Part shown: piece by piece, positions 14,326 to 27,519 of the stretch
How the letters are laid out: every line of letters begins with the position of its first letter
How positions within the stretch are numbered: the stretch's first letter is position 1
Origin: the human T2T-CHM13v2.0 reference genome, Homo sapiens
Assembly: GCF_009914755.1 (NCBI RefSeq)
Contig: NC_060934.1
Reading direction: 5' to 3' (one strand)
Length of the DNA: 64,000 nt
Notes under the pieces: generated by a model
What the model was told of the DNA's origin: nothing
Databases searched by the model: none
Seen by the model: only the letters and a program-made list of their open reading frames with translations
Program-made: the position numbers and the translations under genes

Positions 14326-15546
14326 CTCTGCAGAAATACTTATTTCCGTATCTCAGATAATGAAATTGAGACAAGAAGAGGTTTGGAGACCTGCTCGATG
14401 TCAGGTGGGCAGTTACTGAAGGACTTGAGTCTGCAACCAGGTCTCCTAAAGTCAAGGTCAGATCCCCTTCCCACTCACCAAGCTGTTCCAGTATTTTTAA
14501 ACTGCAGGTTATGCAACTTTAAGGTTATATTTCCATGAAATGAAAAAGTCACTGTAAAAACCTGAGCATCCATAATTATGGCTTGTCGAACCCTCAGCAT
14601 TCTCATCTCCTAAATCAATCCAACTCATTCTCAACTTGACGTAGGAACAAATGAGACTGCTTTTGGATTTCTCTTCCCACGGCCCGATCGGTGTTCACTG
14701 AAAACAGGATTGCAGGTACATTGCTCAGATTTTCTCAGACAGACTTCAGTGATTTTCGTGTTCTTACTCAATCTCATATTTACAATCTACCCAGGCATTT
14801 GTGATAAAGAATCCTCAAGGCCATTACTCCGAGCCTTCGCATGGGTCTTGTCTCCCTTCTTTATCAATGATTAATGACCTGCATGAGTTTGTCTTTGACT
14901 CCTCTTCTTTTTCAGTTTCTCATATTTTATAATGCACACTGCCTTGAGTAATAAAGGCTTATCCAAGGAAAAATTATTGGCTATTCATCTCCTGGCCTTC
15001 TATAAATCTTCTTTATCTTTACAGCTGCCTTCTTGTTTACCCCCAAATATGCGTTGTGCTCTGTTTCTAACAAATACCTCTCACTCCCACCTTGTCCCCA
15101 CCCTGGCTTTTGATTTCGCCAACCAAATCCCACTTTGGCAATGATTGCTCATCTTGGATTTCTTGCAGATATTTCAGGATTGAATGCAGCACATGATAGA
15201 AAAGTTGTTTTGGCCAGGAAATCATCTATTTGTAGCATACAACTAAAATATAAGCATAGACGTGTTATTTCCTTGAAATGCTTTGTGTCAGAGATGCTAG
15301 TGGTTGGGAAGTTTGGGTGATATTCTAAGAGTGATACAATTTTGCAGTTCTAGCTCCTAAGCAGAAATCTGGGGAGTCTCTCCAGTGGACCAAACTAGTG
15401 GTCTGATTTCACGTCTACCACATTGTGCTAAAAGAAAATATAAGTACGTAGAAAAATAAGGATATAAATACACAGAGCAACAGCTAAATGATAAAATTAC
15501 AGGTCCTTATACCATCCCATGGTAAACTTTCTTGGCCATTACTTAC

Positions 15547-16291
15547 AGTGAAAGGAAAATAAAACTTGGGACCCCAATTCACTGTGCCAAAACGAAAAAA
15601 TTAAGTCAAAAGCTGAATCATGCAAAACACTGCCTTTCCTTTTGTTGCTAATCAGGCAGCTGCAGATGAAAGTTTAAAGGCTGGGTGCAGTGGCTTACAC
15701 CTGTAATCCCAGCACTTTGGGAGGCTGAGAAGGCAGGATCACTTGAGCTCAGGAGTTCAAGACCAGCCTGGGCAACATGGCAAAACCTTGTCTCTACAAA
15801 AAATACAAAAATTAGCTGGGCGTGGTGGCACATGCCTGTGGTTCCAGCTATTCAGGAAGACCAGGAGGTTGAGTCCAGGAGGTTGAGGCTGCAGTGAGTC
15901 ATGATCATGCCACTGCAGTATAGCCCGGGCAACAGAGCAAGACCCTGTTTCAAAAAAAAAATAGGTTAAATATCTCCACAGGTAGCTACTCTATGCTCCC
16001 CTTATATTATGTAAAGTGTCCATTCTGAGCCACAGATGAAAGTGTAATTGATTCTTCCCCTCCCTGCTTCTTTTCTCCTGTTACATGTGAATGACTATAC
16101 CCATCCTCTTTCTCCTCCAGCCCACTTTTCCCCTTTCAATATTGATGCCCTCAAACTCTTCTTTGGAGAAAGACACAGATCACAGACTGTTTCTGTGATT
16201 CCCTATTATTTTCTTCCAGAGATGTCCTTAACCTTGGCAAAATAAACTTCAAAATTGATTGAGACCTGTCTCAGTTACATTTTGGTTTACA
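15547..16291 (+). mobile_element. MER4-group ERV1 solo LTR interrupted by an Alu
   Basis: Starts 'gtgaaaggaaaataaaacttgggacccca', has AATAAA, ends 'tttggtttaca'; 4-bp TSD 'ttac'. Confidence 0.85.
15679..15961 (+). mobile_element. AluJ inserted in the MER4-group LTR
   Basis: Dimeric Alu with J-type 'cacttgagctcaggagttcaagaccagcctgggcaac'. Confidence 0.95.
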
Positions 16292-16515
16292 TTACCCTAG
16301 TACAGAGGCCGTGAAGGCTGTTCCATTAGTAGTATTTCTGTTGGCTGAATAGAGCTGAACCCTCAAGGTTTGCTACATCTACCTCTTGTTAATTTGTTTC
16401 AGTTTGACCTGCTTACCTCTAGCCAGGTACTTGCTAAGGCAGTGTTACTCCATGTGTGCTCCCTACAAGGTAGGATTAGAAACTGAAAATAAGCATTTAG
16501 AAACTTTAAAGCAAT

Positions 16516-17000
16516 TGATGGCCTGCAGGAAACACTGCCCTAAAATGTGGCATCTTTGCATGCTGAGTATTTTAAGCTGAAAGAAATTGAAAAAACCATG
16601 GAAGCAGAAAGTTCTCTCTGACCTTCTCTCTTGAAGACACTCATGTGACATGTGTCCTGCCCTATACCCCGATGAAAGGAATGTTACATAGAAAAGCCCA
16701 GAAAAATCTGAAAAAACAGACTTTGCTAAGTTACCACCAGTTTACTGCCATTAGGTCATATCTCCTTTTCATCTAATCATACTTCTGCATGACTGATCCC
16801 TGTTCATCAAATTTAACTATAAAAATAATTTTCCCTGGGTCCTTGGGTCTTCATCTTGAGGGCTCTCATATTACGTAAAACTTGTGGTAAATGAATTTGG
16901 TTATGCTTTTCTCCTTTAGTCTGTCTTTTGTTACAGGGATTTTGGCCATGAAACTTGCAGTGGTTGAGGAAAAGGTATTACTTTTTCTTTCTCCTATACA
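16516..17000 (+). mobile_element. MER31-like ERV1 LTR
   Basis: 'ccctaaaatgtggcatctttgcatgctgagtattttaagctgaaagaaattga' resembles recalled MER31 5' region; ends '...tctcctataca'. Confidence 0.6.
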
Positions 17001-17039
17001 ACTTTATGTCTATTGAATCATATTTATATTCTTGCTTGG

Positions 17040-17170
17040 TCTCTCAGACTGGAGTGCACTGGCACAATCATGGCTCACTGCAGCCTTAATCTTCTGGGCT
17101 CAAGAGATCCTCCTTCCTCAACCTCCCAAGTAGCTGAGATTACAAGCACACATCACCATGCCCAACTAGA
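17040..17170 (-). mobile_element. Partial Alu (right-arm fragment)
   Basis: 'ctggagtgcactggcacaatcatggctcactgcagcc...tagctgagattacaagc'. Confidence 0.85.
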
Positions 17171-18346
17171 CTCTAATAATTTTTTTAAATGGTATTTTAT
17201 TGTGTATGCCTTTGATTTTTTAAAAATGTTTTTTCTAGTAATTCATGATTTATTCTAATTTGTAAAATATTAGCCAATGATGGAATCAAATATTGTTGTT
17301 AGTTATTCTTCAGGTGGTTTGAGAAGCACAGTTCTGACCAACCATTAGCAGTGTCCTAGTGCGCCCCGGCAAACTGGCAAATTTGACACAGAATGATAAT
17401 GCTTCATGTTGGAAACTGTACCCCAAATCCTGGCCTTTTCTATATTTTGGATACGTGGTAACATATATTCACAAAGCATTTGTGGAAGTGTGGAGCCAAC
17501 AGAGAAAGTGGCTGGTGGCGACTGTAGCATTAAACACTGCTTTGAAACAACAGATGTGAACAGTGACTTCACTTGGTCCACTGGAGTAAGTTTCTCTTGA
17601 TGTAGTGACCGTAGAAATGCTCTTCTGGGACATACAACAAAAACGAACATACACAAACGGAAACTAAATAGGTTTCCCAGAAAGGAAATAAGGACAATAG
17701 CCTGGAAAACTGTTAAGAAAATATGATGAGTGACATGAGTATGTTTAGTGCCTTGATTTATAATATTGGTTCCTTACACATGCTTGATAAAATTAGTTTA
17801 AATGGGGCACAAAAGCCAATTCCTTCACCAGAGTTTTATCATATAACATCATTATAAAGGACATGCTGTCACCGAGAAGGAACAATATGTCCAATTGAAA
17901 TATATTTCTCAATAATTCAAAAAATACCCCTTATTTGGGAGAATTTGTTTCTCAAACAGAAAATCAAATGTGCCTTTGCAGAAACTCATTCTCTTTCCTT
18001 CTAATGACATGCAATCATTCTACCTTTATCTTGTCACGTTTCTCTTCCCTGGGTTTCCAAGAAGCCAGTTTTTAAATGTTTGTTGTTTTTTCTGCTCACA
18101 AAATAGAAATAATTTTGCTCCTAGTGGAAAGTCCCAATGTAAGTAAGACATTACATATGCAGCAATTGACATTTCTATTGATAGACTAGAAATTCTTATT
18201 AGGAAATGCCTTTTAAAAAAAAAAAATCCCTCCATGTCAGGGTTCTACAAGCCCTTATTTCTATGTTGGGTATAAAGAGTTTTCCTGGGCATCCTTTCTT
18301 AAAGCAACAGCTTTTCATAGTATCGGTAAAGATTTATGTCAGATAG

Positions 18347-18744
<398 letters not shown>

Positions 18745-19169
18745 CCTTGTGATTTCCTTATGGCCTGAAAAATGCTGTGTTTTGACCATTTATCAAATTG
18801 AAGGGAACTTTTTCCAAATAAGGATGGCAATTTGATGCATCTTTCTTATGGTTATTGGAATAATGAAAAAGAAGAAATGCAAGAAATCATTTTGTAAACA
18901 AAGTAAGCTATTCCAGGAGGCTTCATCGTCCTGTGAGAGGCTGTTTCCTGGTCTCCAGTTCCCTGAAGTGATGAGGAATGAGGGGTACTGGCCTGGGCAG
19001 AAACCAGGAGTATGATGCTCATGGGTCCTTCATGGAAGGGACCCAAGGCACCCCATGCTGCTGTGATGGCAGGCTCTGCTCTCCGCTTGTCAGGCCTCCA
19101 ACAACCGCACCTGGGTGGAGGAAGGTGGCCAAATCACTTTTGAGACCTTCAGGATAAGAGTGAGATTTA

Positions 19170-19278
19170 CACTAAGATGTAAGTTCAATGAGGATAAGGA
19201 CTTGATCTTATTCACCAATGAATCCCAGTGCCTGGAAGAGAAACTGCCACAGAGTAGATGCTAAAATACGTAGTGATG
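19170..19278 (+). mobile_element. L2 3' end
   Basis: 'gtaagttcaatgaggataaggacttg...ttcaccaatgaatcccagtgcctgga...gtagatgctaaaata' resembles the L2 terminus. Confidence 0.7.
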
Positions 19279-19473
19279 GGAGGAAGGAAGGAGGGAAGGA
19301 AGGAAGGGAAGGGAAGGGAAGGAAGGAAGGAAGGAAGGAAGGAAGGAAGGAAGGAAGGAAGGAAGGAAGGAAGGAAGGAGGGGAGGGAGGAAGGGAGGGA
19401 AAAGGGAGGAAAAAAGGGAGGGAGGAAGAAAGGGAGAGTGGGAAGGAGGGAGGATGGAAGGAAGGAAGGAAGG
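19278..19473. repeat. Purine-rich tract containing (GGAA)15
   Basis: 15 consecutive GGAA units at 19317-19376 within about 195 bp of nearly pure A/G. Confidence 0.95.
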
Positions 19474-19829
19474 TGTGTTAGTCTGTTCTCAGGCTGCTAA
19501 TAAATACATACCCTAGACTGGGTAATTTCTAAAGGAAAGAGGTATAATGGACTCACAGTTCCACATGGCTGGGGAGGCCTCACAATTATGACAGAAATCA
19601 AAGGAAAAGCAAAGGCATGTCTTACATGGCAGCAGGCAAGAGAGCTTGTGTAGGGGAACTCCCATTTATAAAACCATCAGATCTCATGAGATGTAGTCAC
19701 TATCATGAGAATAGCACAGGAAAGGCCCACCCCATGATTCAGTTATCTCCACCTGTTCCCACCGTTGACATATGGGGATTATTGTACTTTGAGGTGAGAT
19801 TTGGGTGGGGACACAGCCAAACCATGTCA
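19474..19829 (-). mobile_element. THE1 (MaLR) solo LTR
   Basis: 'tgtgttagtctgttctca...gggacacagccaaaccatgtca'; TSD gaagg/caagg. Confidence 0.95.
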
Positions 19830-21565
19830 CAAGGGAAAGGGGGAAGAAAGACAGGGAGAGGAAAAGAGAAATCTATTGGTGGATTCAGATTTCCTGCACT
19901 GATGAGTGTAATTATAACTATTGCTTGAATAACATTTGCTGACGCAAACACTGTATATAAAGAGAAGCAAAGAAGAGAGGATATTTATCACTACTGTGCA
20001 GAGTGTTTTTGTTTCGGATTGGGGGTGTGAGGACTTAAATTCTAGGGATGCTCTGAAGTGAAGGTCACGCTGAGTGGACATCAGGCACAGGTTTCCTCTC
20101 CTCTTTTCATTCAGGGAAGACACATGCTGTAGCTCAGAGCTGGATGCCTGCAGACACACAACCACATAGCCCTGCCCTGAAGGACTGCACCATCTAAAAA
20201 GAGATCAAAGGCTCATACCTAAGTAAATGCAACACTGGTATAAAGGGATAAGAGACTTTAGAGGGGCTCTCTTGGAAAAGACTGGTCTGTGATTGATTAA
20301 GTGATGGAACACGGACAATTGTCCGAAAAGGGGCCATTTGAGCCAGGCCTGGTAAGATGACAGTGTGTGGAGTTTAGATACCACATCTTGGCCCTTTCAG
20401 AGACAATTAGGTTGTCAGACAGACTGACGTCATTCTTCTCCCATCTAGGTGAAGGACTGGAGGCATGGGGTAGTGAGGGAGGAAAAGAAACTGCTTCCAA
20501 AATCCCCCCTGCTAGAGTTTCTCTATGTTCCCCAGCACAGCCAGAAATGATCATCAGATTATTGTATCTGAAGACAGCCTTTATTGACATTTTACCTCTT
20601 CCAAACAAATAAACCCCAAACCTCACCATCTCTCTCTCAGTCTCTCATGGAGAGTAGACATCAAAGGCTGGGATGGGAAGAGGCAGAGGGGGGAATTTGA
20701 TCCATTCATCCCAGCCACTATCTTGTGAGATCAAATCTATTGTTTCCTCACACCCTGAAAAATTATGTGTTTTAGTCACTTACCAGATTGACAGGGGCTT
20801 TATTCAAATAGGAGTGGCAGTTTGATGCATGGTTCTAAGGGTTATTGGGATAATAAAAAGAGAAAATGCAGGAAATTGCTTTGTAAAACAAAGCAAATTT
20901 TTCACCAGGAAAGATCAGTTGCAAGTTCTGGTATCTTCATGACCCCTTGTATTTCACACTGTTCTAGTTTAAAGATATGTTGAGTTTGTGTCTTAGCAGA
21001 CTCTTAAGATTTTAAACCTCAAGCACACGATGTAGGGAGGCCATAAATGGGGGAATGGAAAGTGGGTTTTGCTTCTGAGAAGGATAATGTGATGAGTCAC
21101 TATTTAAATGAATCCATGGAGCTTTGTAAAGTCTTAAAAAGGACCATTTAATTGCATAATACTGATTCCTTCACTTTATAGTGTCTGGGAGAAATAGTCT
21201 CTGTGAAGTGGTGGGAGGTAAATGTTATCACATGATACTGGAGGAAGAACAATAGCTCAAGATGTGAAGAGGAAATTGGTGTATTGGACGCCGAAATAAA
21301 TTACAGCCATCAGGAGCTCTTTGCTTTGCCTGCGAATGATCTGTCAAGCAAGAAGGAGCTGAAAGTGCATTTGTGAGAATAGTGGGTGGATTCTTTTCTC
21401 TTTTAGGAAAATATCTTGACCAAAAAAATGGCCTGAATGCAAAATCCATAGGAATGGATTTTCTGAAGCCTCTTTCTTCTTTTTATCTTTTTTCCTACTG
21501 GAAATTGTTTTCTCAATTCTTTGAAGACTTGCTCAGGAAAATTAAATATAGTGTGAGCTGAAGGC

Positions 21566-21792
21566 TATGATTTTTCAACTAGAGTGATTTTGCACCATCA
21601 TCACTCCCAGGAGACATCTGGCGATGTCTAGAAACATTTTTGGTTGTCACCATTGAGAGGATGCTATAAGCATCTAGGGGGTAGATATCAAGATGCTGTT
21701 AAGCAACCTACAATGTGCAGGACTGTCCTTGTCCCCACAACAAAGAATTATACAACCCCAAATGTCAGTAGTGGGGAGGTTGAAAAATCCTG
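21566..21792. mobile_element. MER20 hAT DNA transposon
   Basis: 'ggagacatctggcgatgtctagaaacatttttggttgtcac...ccccacaacaaagaattat...gaggttgaaaaatcctg'. Confidence 0.9.
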
Positions 21793-22355
21793 GTTTAAGG
21801 TAAATCCTGGCTTTTGTTTTCTAAATTGTCCAGGTGAGTCATATTTGTAATGACTTTCAACACCAAAATGGAAACCTCAACATGTGGGTAATCAAAACCT
21901 GCCATGTCTATTTCTTGAAAATTGATGAAAAATATAGTCACTCCTCTAAATCAAGTCACATGTTACTGCTATTTGTCTCATGTAATTTTCTGAGAAACTA
22001 TGCAATTACATTTAAGCAAAATTATAATAATGTATCCTGCAGTAAGTTACCACTCCCCCTGAAAGGCAACATAAAGCAACACAGCAAAACACATCAAAAT
22101 CATCACATCCATATACCGGGATTATTTATGACAATCTTCTATGTATATGAGGTCTCAGTGAAATAAACATTTATCAGGATCCTGTGAATACTAATAACTA
22201 CATAGAAATACTGTCAGAGTCTCCGAGAAAATTGCTTCAATTCACATAAGACTCTTTGTCAAGATAAATAAGAATAGCTACCACTGTTGAAGAGTTTGCT
22301 TTTTTTTTTTACTAGTTTATCTCCTCAGTGTTTCATGTGATTAGTTTTATCAAAT

Positions 22356-23111
22356 ACGGTAGTTCCCCCTATAGATAGTACTGTTAATTGAGAAAAATGA
22401 TGAGACAAGCCTCAATCATTTTAGGAGGTTTTTTTGCCAAGGTTAAGTCCATGTGCCTGTGTCACAGCCTAAGGAGGTCCTGATGACATGTGCCCAAGGT
22501 GGTCGGGCACAGCTTGGTTTTATACATTTTAGGGAGACATGAGACATCAATCAATATGTGTAAGAAGTACATTGGTTCCTTCCAGAAAGGCGAGGACAAC
22601 GCGAAGCAGGGAGAGGGCTTTCAGGTCACAGACAGGTGAGAGACAAGTGGTTGCATTCTTTTGAGTTTTGGATAAGCCTTTTCAAAGGAGGCAATCAGAA
22701 TATGCATCTATCTGAGTGAGCAGAGGGACGACTTTGAATAAAATGGGAAGCAGATTTGCCCTGAGCAGCTCCCAGCTTGAATTTTCGCTTTAGCTCAGTG
22801 ATTTTGAGGGCCCAGGATAATTTCCTTTCACAGTATCTAACCCTGAATACGCTGTTTTTTCAATCTGATAACCAAGACGGCTCCTAAGTGACTAAAGAGT
22901 GAGTAGCACATACAGGATTCTCTGGACAAAGGGATGCTTCACAGTTCAGGCAGGATGGAGCAGGACAGCAGGAGATTTCATCACACTACTCAGAATGGCA
23001 CGCAACTTAAACTTATGAATTGTTTATTTTCTGAAATATTTTTGGACCTCGGTTCACTACAGGTAACAAAAACCCCAGAAAGCAACACTGCAGGTTAAGG
23101 GGGACTTCTGT
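22356..23111. mobile_element. MER44-like (Tigger-family) DNA transposon interrupted by MER4A
   Basis: Termini 'tacggtagttcccc' and 'ggggacttctgta'; internal 'ggacaaagggatg...gagatttcatcacactactcagaatggcacgcaa'. Confidence 0.75.
22382..22832 (-). mobile_element. MER4A-type ERV1 solo LTR
   Basis: tg...ca termini; 'ggaggtcctgatgacatgtgcccaaggtggtcggg'; TSD gtac/gtat. Confidence 0.9.
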
Positions 23112-23934
23112 ACTTACTAGAAAATGCAAGGTTGGCATTAGTATCCTTATTTTAGGCGGGTGTTGTCTCAGGCCTAGAGCAGTAAAGGAGCTCAGCTAAT
23201 TGAGTAACTTCTGCTGGTGTTTTCTATCCCACATTCATCCGCTTTTGGGTCTGACAGGTACTAAGTCAAAGACAACTGAGAGAGGCCTTTTGGAAATGAA
23301 TCCAGAGCGGACAAACAGGTTCACCTCGGTAGAGTAGATGCACACCCCTGCACAGTAAAGGACTATTTCTCTCACCATCGTCAACCTGTGTGATGAGAAG
23401 CCTCCTTCCCCTATCCCCAGATAGAAGAAGCTGGACTGAATGGAACTAAGTGGCCACAGCCCATAACCACAATTACTCTACCTCCTTCCCTGCAGAGAAC
23501 AAAGAGAGGTGGATCCCAGGAGGCAGCCAGGGGATGCAAGGAGCCAACATGCCATCAGAGAGGGGTGAAGAGATAAGGTCCCAAGGAAAGCTATTGGAAA
23601 GCTTTCTACCAAAAGGGAGATCAAGGACCACAGAGCACATCCTGAAAGACAAGGTAGGAATCACAAACTCAAATGCTGTCAGGTGTCTGCCTTGCGGAGG
23701 CAGTAGAGTGATTGGGGTCAGGGACTCTGGCCGCAACTGCTTGCATTCACTTCCCAGATTCATCACTGAGCAGCTGTGTAAACTGGGGCAAGATCACGGA
23801 CTTCTCCATGCTCACTTCGCGGTATTCGCTTTCTGAGGTTGCTTTTATTTCATTTGCTTCCTTTTTATGCTGAGATTAACCTTAAAAGTCACCCAACATT
23901 TGATAGAAACAATAATTAATGTTAGCTGATTTAA

Positions 23935-24267
<333 letters not shown>

Positions 24268-24860
24268 ACACAAAACGCTTTTAACAAGAATAAATTACTC
24301 GTTTCTGCTATGGGAAATGGTATTGCAGGAGAGGGGGATAAGGAACAGAGAAAACAGGGAGGGAAAGTAACAGATACTAAAAATGATGAGGAGAAAAGAG
24401 ATATAATTAGAGGGAAAATGATGAGAAGAAATAGTAAAGTGAGTGTCAAATATGGACAGAAGGATGGAATGGTTAGTGATGAAAGACATTATATTTATGC
24501 ATCTTAGTGACGGGTAAAATGAACCTTATTATGATTACGGTCTTTATAATTTAAACAACAATTTGTAAGCTGTAAATGTTTATAATGAGTATAATTTCTT
24601 CAATTTATATTAATAGAATAAAGACATGATGTTAGCCATTCAGAGATCCTTTGCAGATTAACAAATGGATAATTAATTTTTTACGGGAACATAACTGATT
24701 CAAAAATAAATCGTTTTATTAATCTTCTAAGTCAGATAAAATTAAGTTTTATATAAACCTAAAACATAATTCTGTCTACAGCTGCACTGCTGTCTGGATT
24801 TGAAATATAACAGCAGAGTGACTATTCTAGATTAAAAGAAAGTAAAGAAAAATAACAACT

Positions 24861-25138
24861 GGCCAGGCCCAGTGGCTCACACCTGTAGTCCCAGAATTTT
24901 GGGAAACCAAGATGGGGCAGATCATCTGAGCCCAGGAGTTCGAGACCAGTCTAGCCAACATGGCAAAACTCTGTCTCTACTAAAAATAAAAAACTAGTCA
25001 GGCACATGGCTGAGGCATGAGAATTGTTTGAATCTGGGAGGAAGAGGTTGCAGTGAGCCGAGATAGCACCACTGCATTCCAGCCTGGGTGACAGAGTGAG
25101 ATCCTGTCTCAAAAAATAAAGAAAGAAAAGAAAAGAAA
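24861..25138 (+). mobile_element. Alu with a short right-arm deletion and GAAAA tail
   Basis: TSD 'agaaaaataacaact'. Confidence 0.95.
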
Positions 25139-26944
25139 AGAAAAATAACAACTAACTGCAATAGCTGATCTTGATTAGATCCTGATTGGAAAAAAAATAA
25201 TTATAAAGTATATTATTGGGACAATTGTATAAATTTGACTTGGGACTGTGTATTAAATAAAATTATCAGGTATTATTGTATCAATGTGACTAAATGTTTT
25301 ATCATAATAATGTTATTATTGTTCTATTTGAGAATAAGCTTGGTTTGGGTAGGTACATTCTAAAACATTTAAAAGTAGTGTCATGAAGTGTACAACTCAT
25401 ATGCTTCTTTGAAATGGTTCAGCAAAAACAAAACAACAGTGACACACATACCCACAGAGGGTATGTTAATAACTGGTAAATCTAGGTTAGGGATAGATGG
25501 ATGTTTGTTGTAATAGCCTTTCAACTTTTCTAGAGGTTTTTTTTTTTACATTTTCATGATAAAACATTGGGAAATATTCTATTTTAATACATTTATGAAG
25601 TCAGAAAACCAGATGGAAGGTGGCTGAGATTACCAAGGAAGTCATAGTATGAGTAATGTAGCTGCTGTAGATTCAGAACATCTAATTCTCCAATCCCACA
25701 AAAGAGATATAGGCAATTGATCCATCATCTTACTAGTCAGCCAATTAGACGACTTTCTTAGAGTCTAGCTCATATAGTTTCATAAAATAACCAGACTCCT
25801 CTAAGGGAAAATAGAAGTAGAAATCATGGGAACTTTTTTCTTTTCTGAATAGATCAATTTTATGAAATGAAGAAAATCAGCATATTAAAAAGAGGTGGTC
25901 TGTGTTACATAAATGATACAAATGTCCTTAAAATCAAGAAGGAAGCTAATATAGGGAAACATGCAAATATAGGACTACTGGCTTTCAGTTCAGAATACCA
26001 GCAGAGACTTCTCCCAATTTCCCATGAAAAGCACTATGTCAACAGCCAAATAATCACAAAACCCAATTATATCATTTAAAACTAAAACTAATAACACACT
26101 TGGAGATATTCCCATTAAATGCAAATTATGGAGGATAAAAGAGAAATGTGTTCCTTAACATCATGCATTCTGCCTTCAGAAGCAGAATATAACAGACAGC
26201 ATTAAAGAAGGCAAGTCTTAAATTAATTCCCTGTTAGCTCCAAGATAGGGATAGAAGGATGTACAGTTGGCATAGCAATCCTCAACGATACAGGGATTGT
26301 TTTTAACTAGGTGTTTTTAAAGCTGCACCTTTCTCCTTCACTATAACCCCTTCAATTCCTTTTATTAACTTCTTAGTGGAAAGCATAGTATGCTATGAAA
26401 TGCATAGTAACCAACAAAGAAACATTGCTGATGAGCCAGAGACAGCAGGGGCTCTGGCAGTGGGGTTACTTATGGGGAAAGGCTTTCAGAGCCCATACCT
26501 AAGCCAATAAAAAAAATATAGCCTGTATCTTACTCTAGTCGTGTTAGAGTATAATGGGCAAAGCAGAATCTCCTTGGAGAAGTTTAGCAAGTATTGAAGG
26601 AATGTTTGCTAATCACATAAGCTTGTGTATCAGATCTCCAGCTAAAAACAGGAACCAGTCAACACTCATATATACAAAAGGAGATGTTTAGAACACTCTC
26701 CTCCTTTCTGTTGTCCCCCTTTGGCAAATCCTCAGCTAATATACATCATGAATTATGATTATGAAGAAGACTCAGAGACAAAGCATTTCTCTGTAATAGT
26801 TCTACAGAAAACTTTAGAAGTCAGATCTTGCTCTCCTCAAAAAGTTTTCAGAAGAGGAAACATGAACAAGAAACTGGAAGACAGAGTGGCTAAAACCAAA
26901 GTGGAGATAAAAAGAGAGCAGTCTGAAGTTTAAAAAATAAACGA

Positions 26945-27260
26945 GGCCAGGCATGGTGGTCACGCCTGTAATCCCAGCACTTTGGGAGGCCGAGGCGGGC
27001 GGATGACCTGAGGTCAGGAGTTCGAGACCAGCCATGGACAACATGACAAAACCCCATCTCTACTAAAAATACAAAAAAAATTAGCCAGCTGTGGTGGCAC
27101 AAGCCTGTAATCCCAGCAACTGGAAAGGCTGAGGCACCAGAATCTCTTGAACCTGGGAGGCGGAGGTTGTAGTGAGCCAGGATCCCACCACTGCACTCCA
27201 GCCTGGGCAACAGAGCAGGTTCCCATCTCAAAAATAAGTAAATAAATAAATATTAAAATA
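26945..27260 (+). mobile_element. Alu (AluSx-like)
   Basis: Dimeric Alu; TSD 'aaaaataaa(c/t)ga'. Confidence 0.95.
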
Positions 27261-27324
27261 AAAATAAATGAAAAAGAAAAATAGGTTAAGGAATAGAATT
27301 TTACATTTGGATTTTAATACTATT

Positions 27325-27491
27325 ATTGTTGTTGTTGTTGTTATGAGGCAGGGTCTTGCTCTGTCATCCAGGCTGGAGTGCAGTGGTGCAATCTCGGCTC
27401 ACTGCAGCCTCAACCTCCTGGGCCCAAGAGACCTCCCTGCCTCCACCTCCTAAAGGGCTGGGATTACAGGCATGAGTCACTGCACCTGGCC
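27325..27491 (-). mobile_element. Monomer-length Alu with (GTT)n tail
   Basis: Alu 3' end joined directly to Alu 5' end; TSD-like 'acattt(gg/aa)attttaa'. Confidence 0.85.
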
Positions 27492-27519
27492 ACATTTAAA
27501 TTTTAAAACAGAACATTTA

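Noticed and set aside
17406-17462. Resemblance of MLETVPQILAFSIFWIRG to an immunoglobulin or TCR V leader exon
   Set aside because: I saw no upstream octamer, downstream V exon or recombination signal, and the donor GTAACA is weak.
17345-17656. 103-aa minus-strand ORF in unique DNA
   Set aside because: Non-ATG start, no recognisable domain and no convincing flanking splice signals.
19218-19500. KEGR-repeat ORFs
   Set aside because: Translation of the GGAA microsatellite.
23450-23836. 128-aa ORF
   Set aside because: GTG start, 3' part runs into MIR-like sequence, no recognisable homology.
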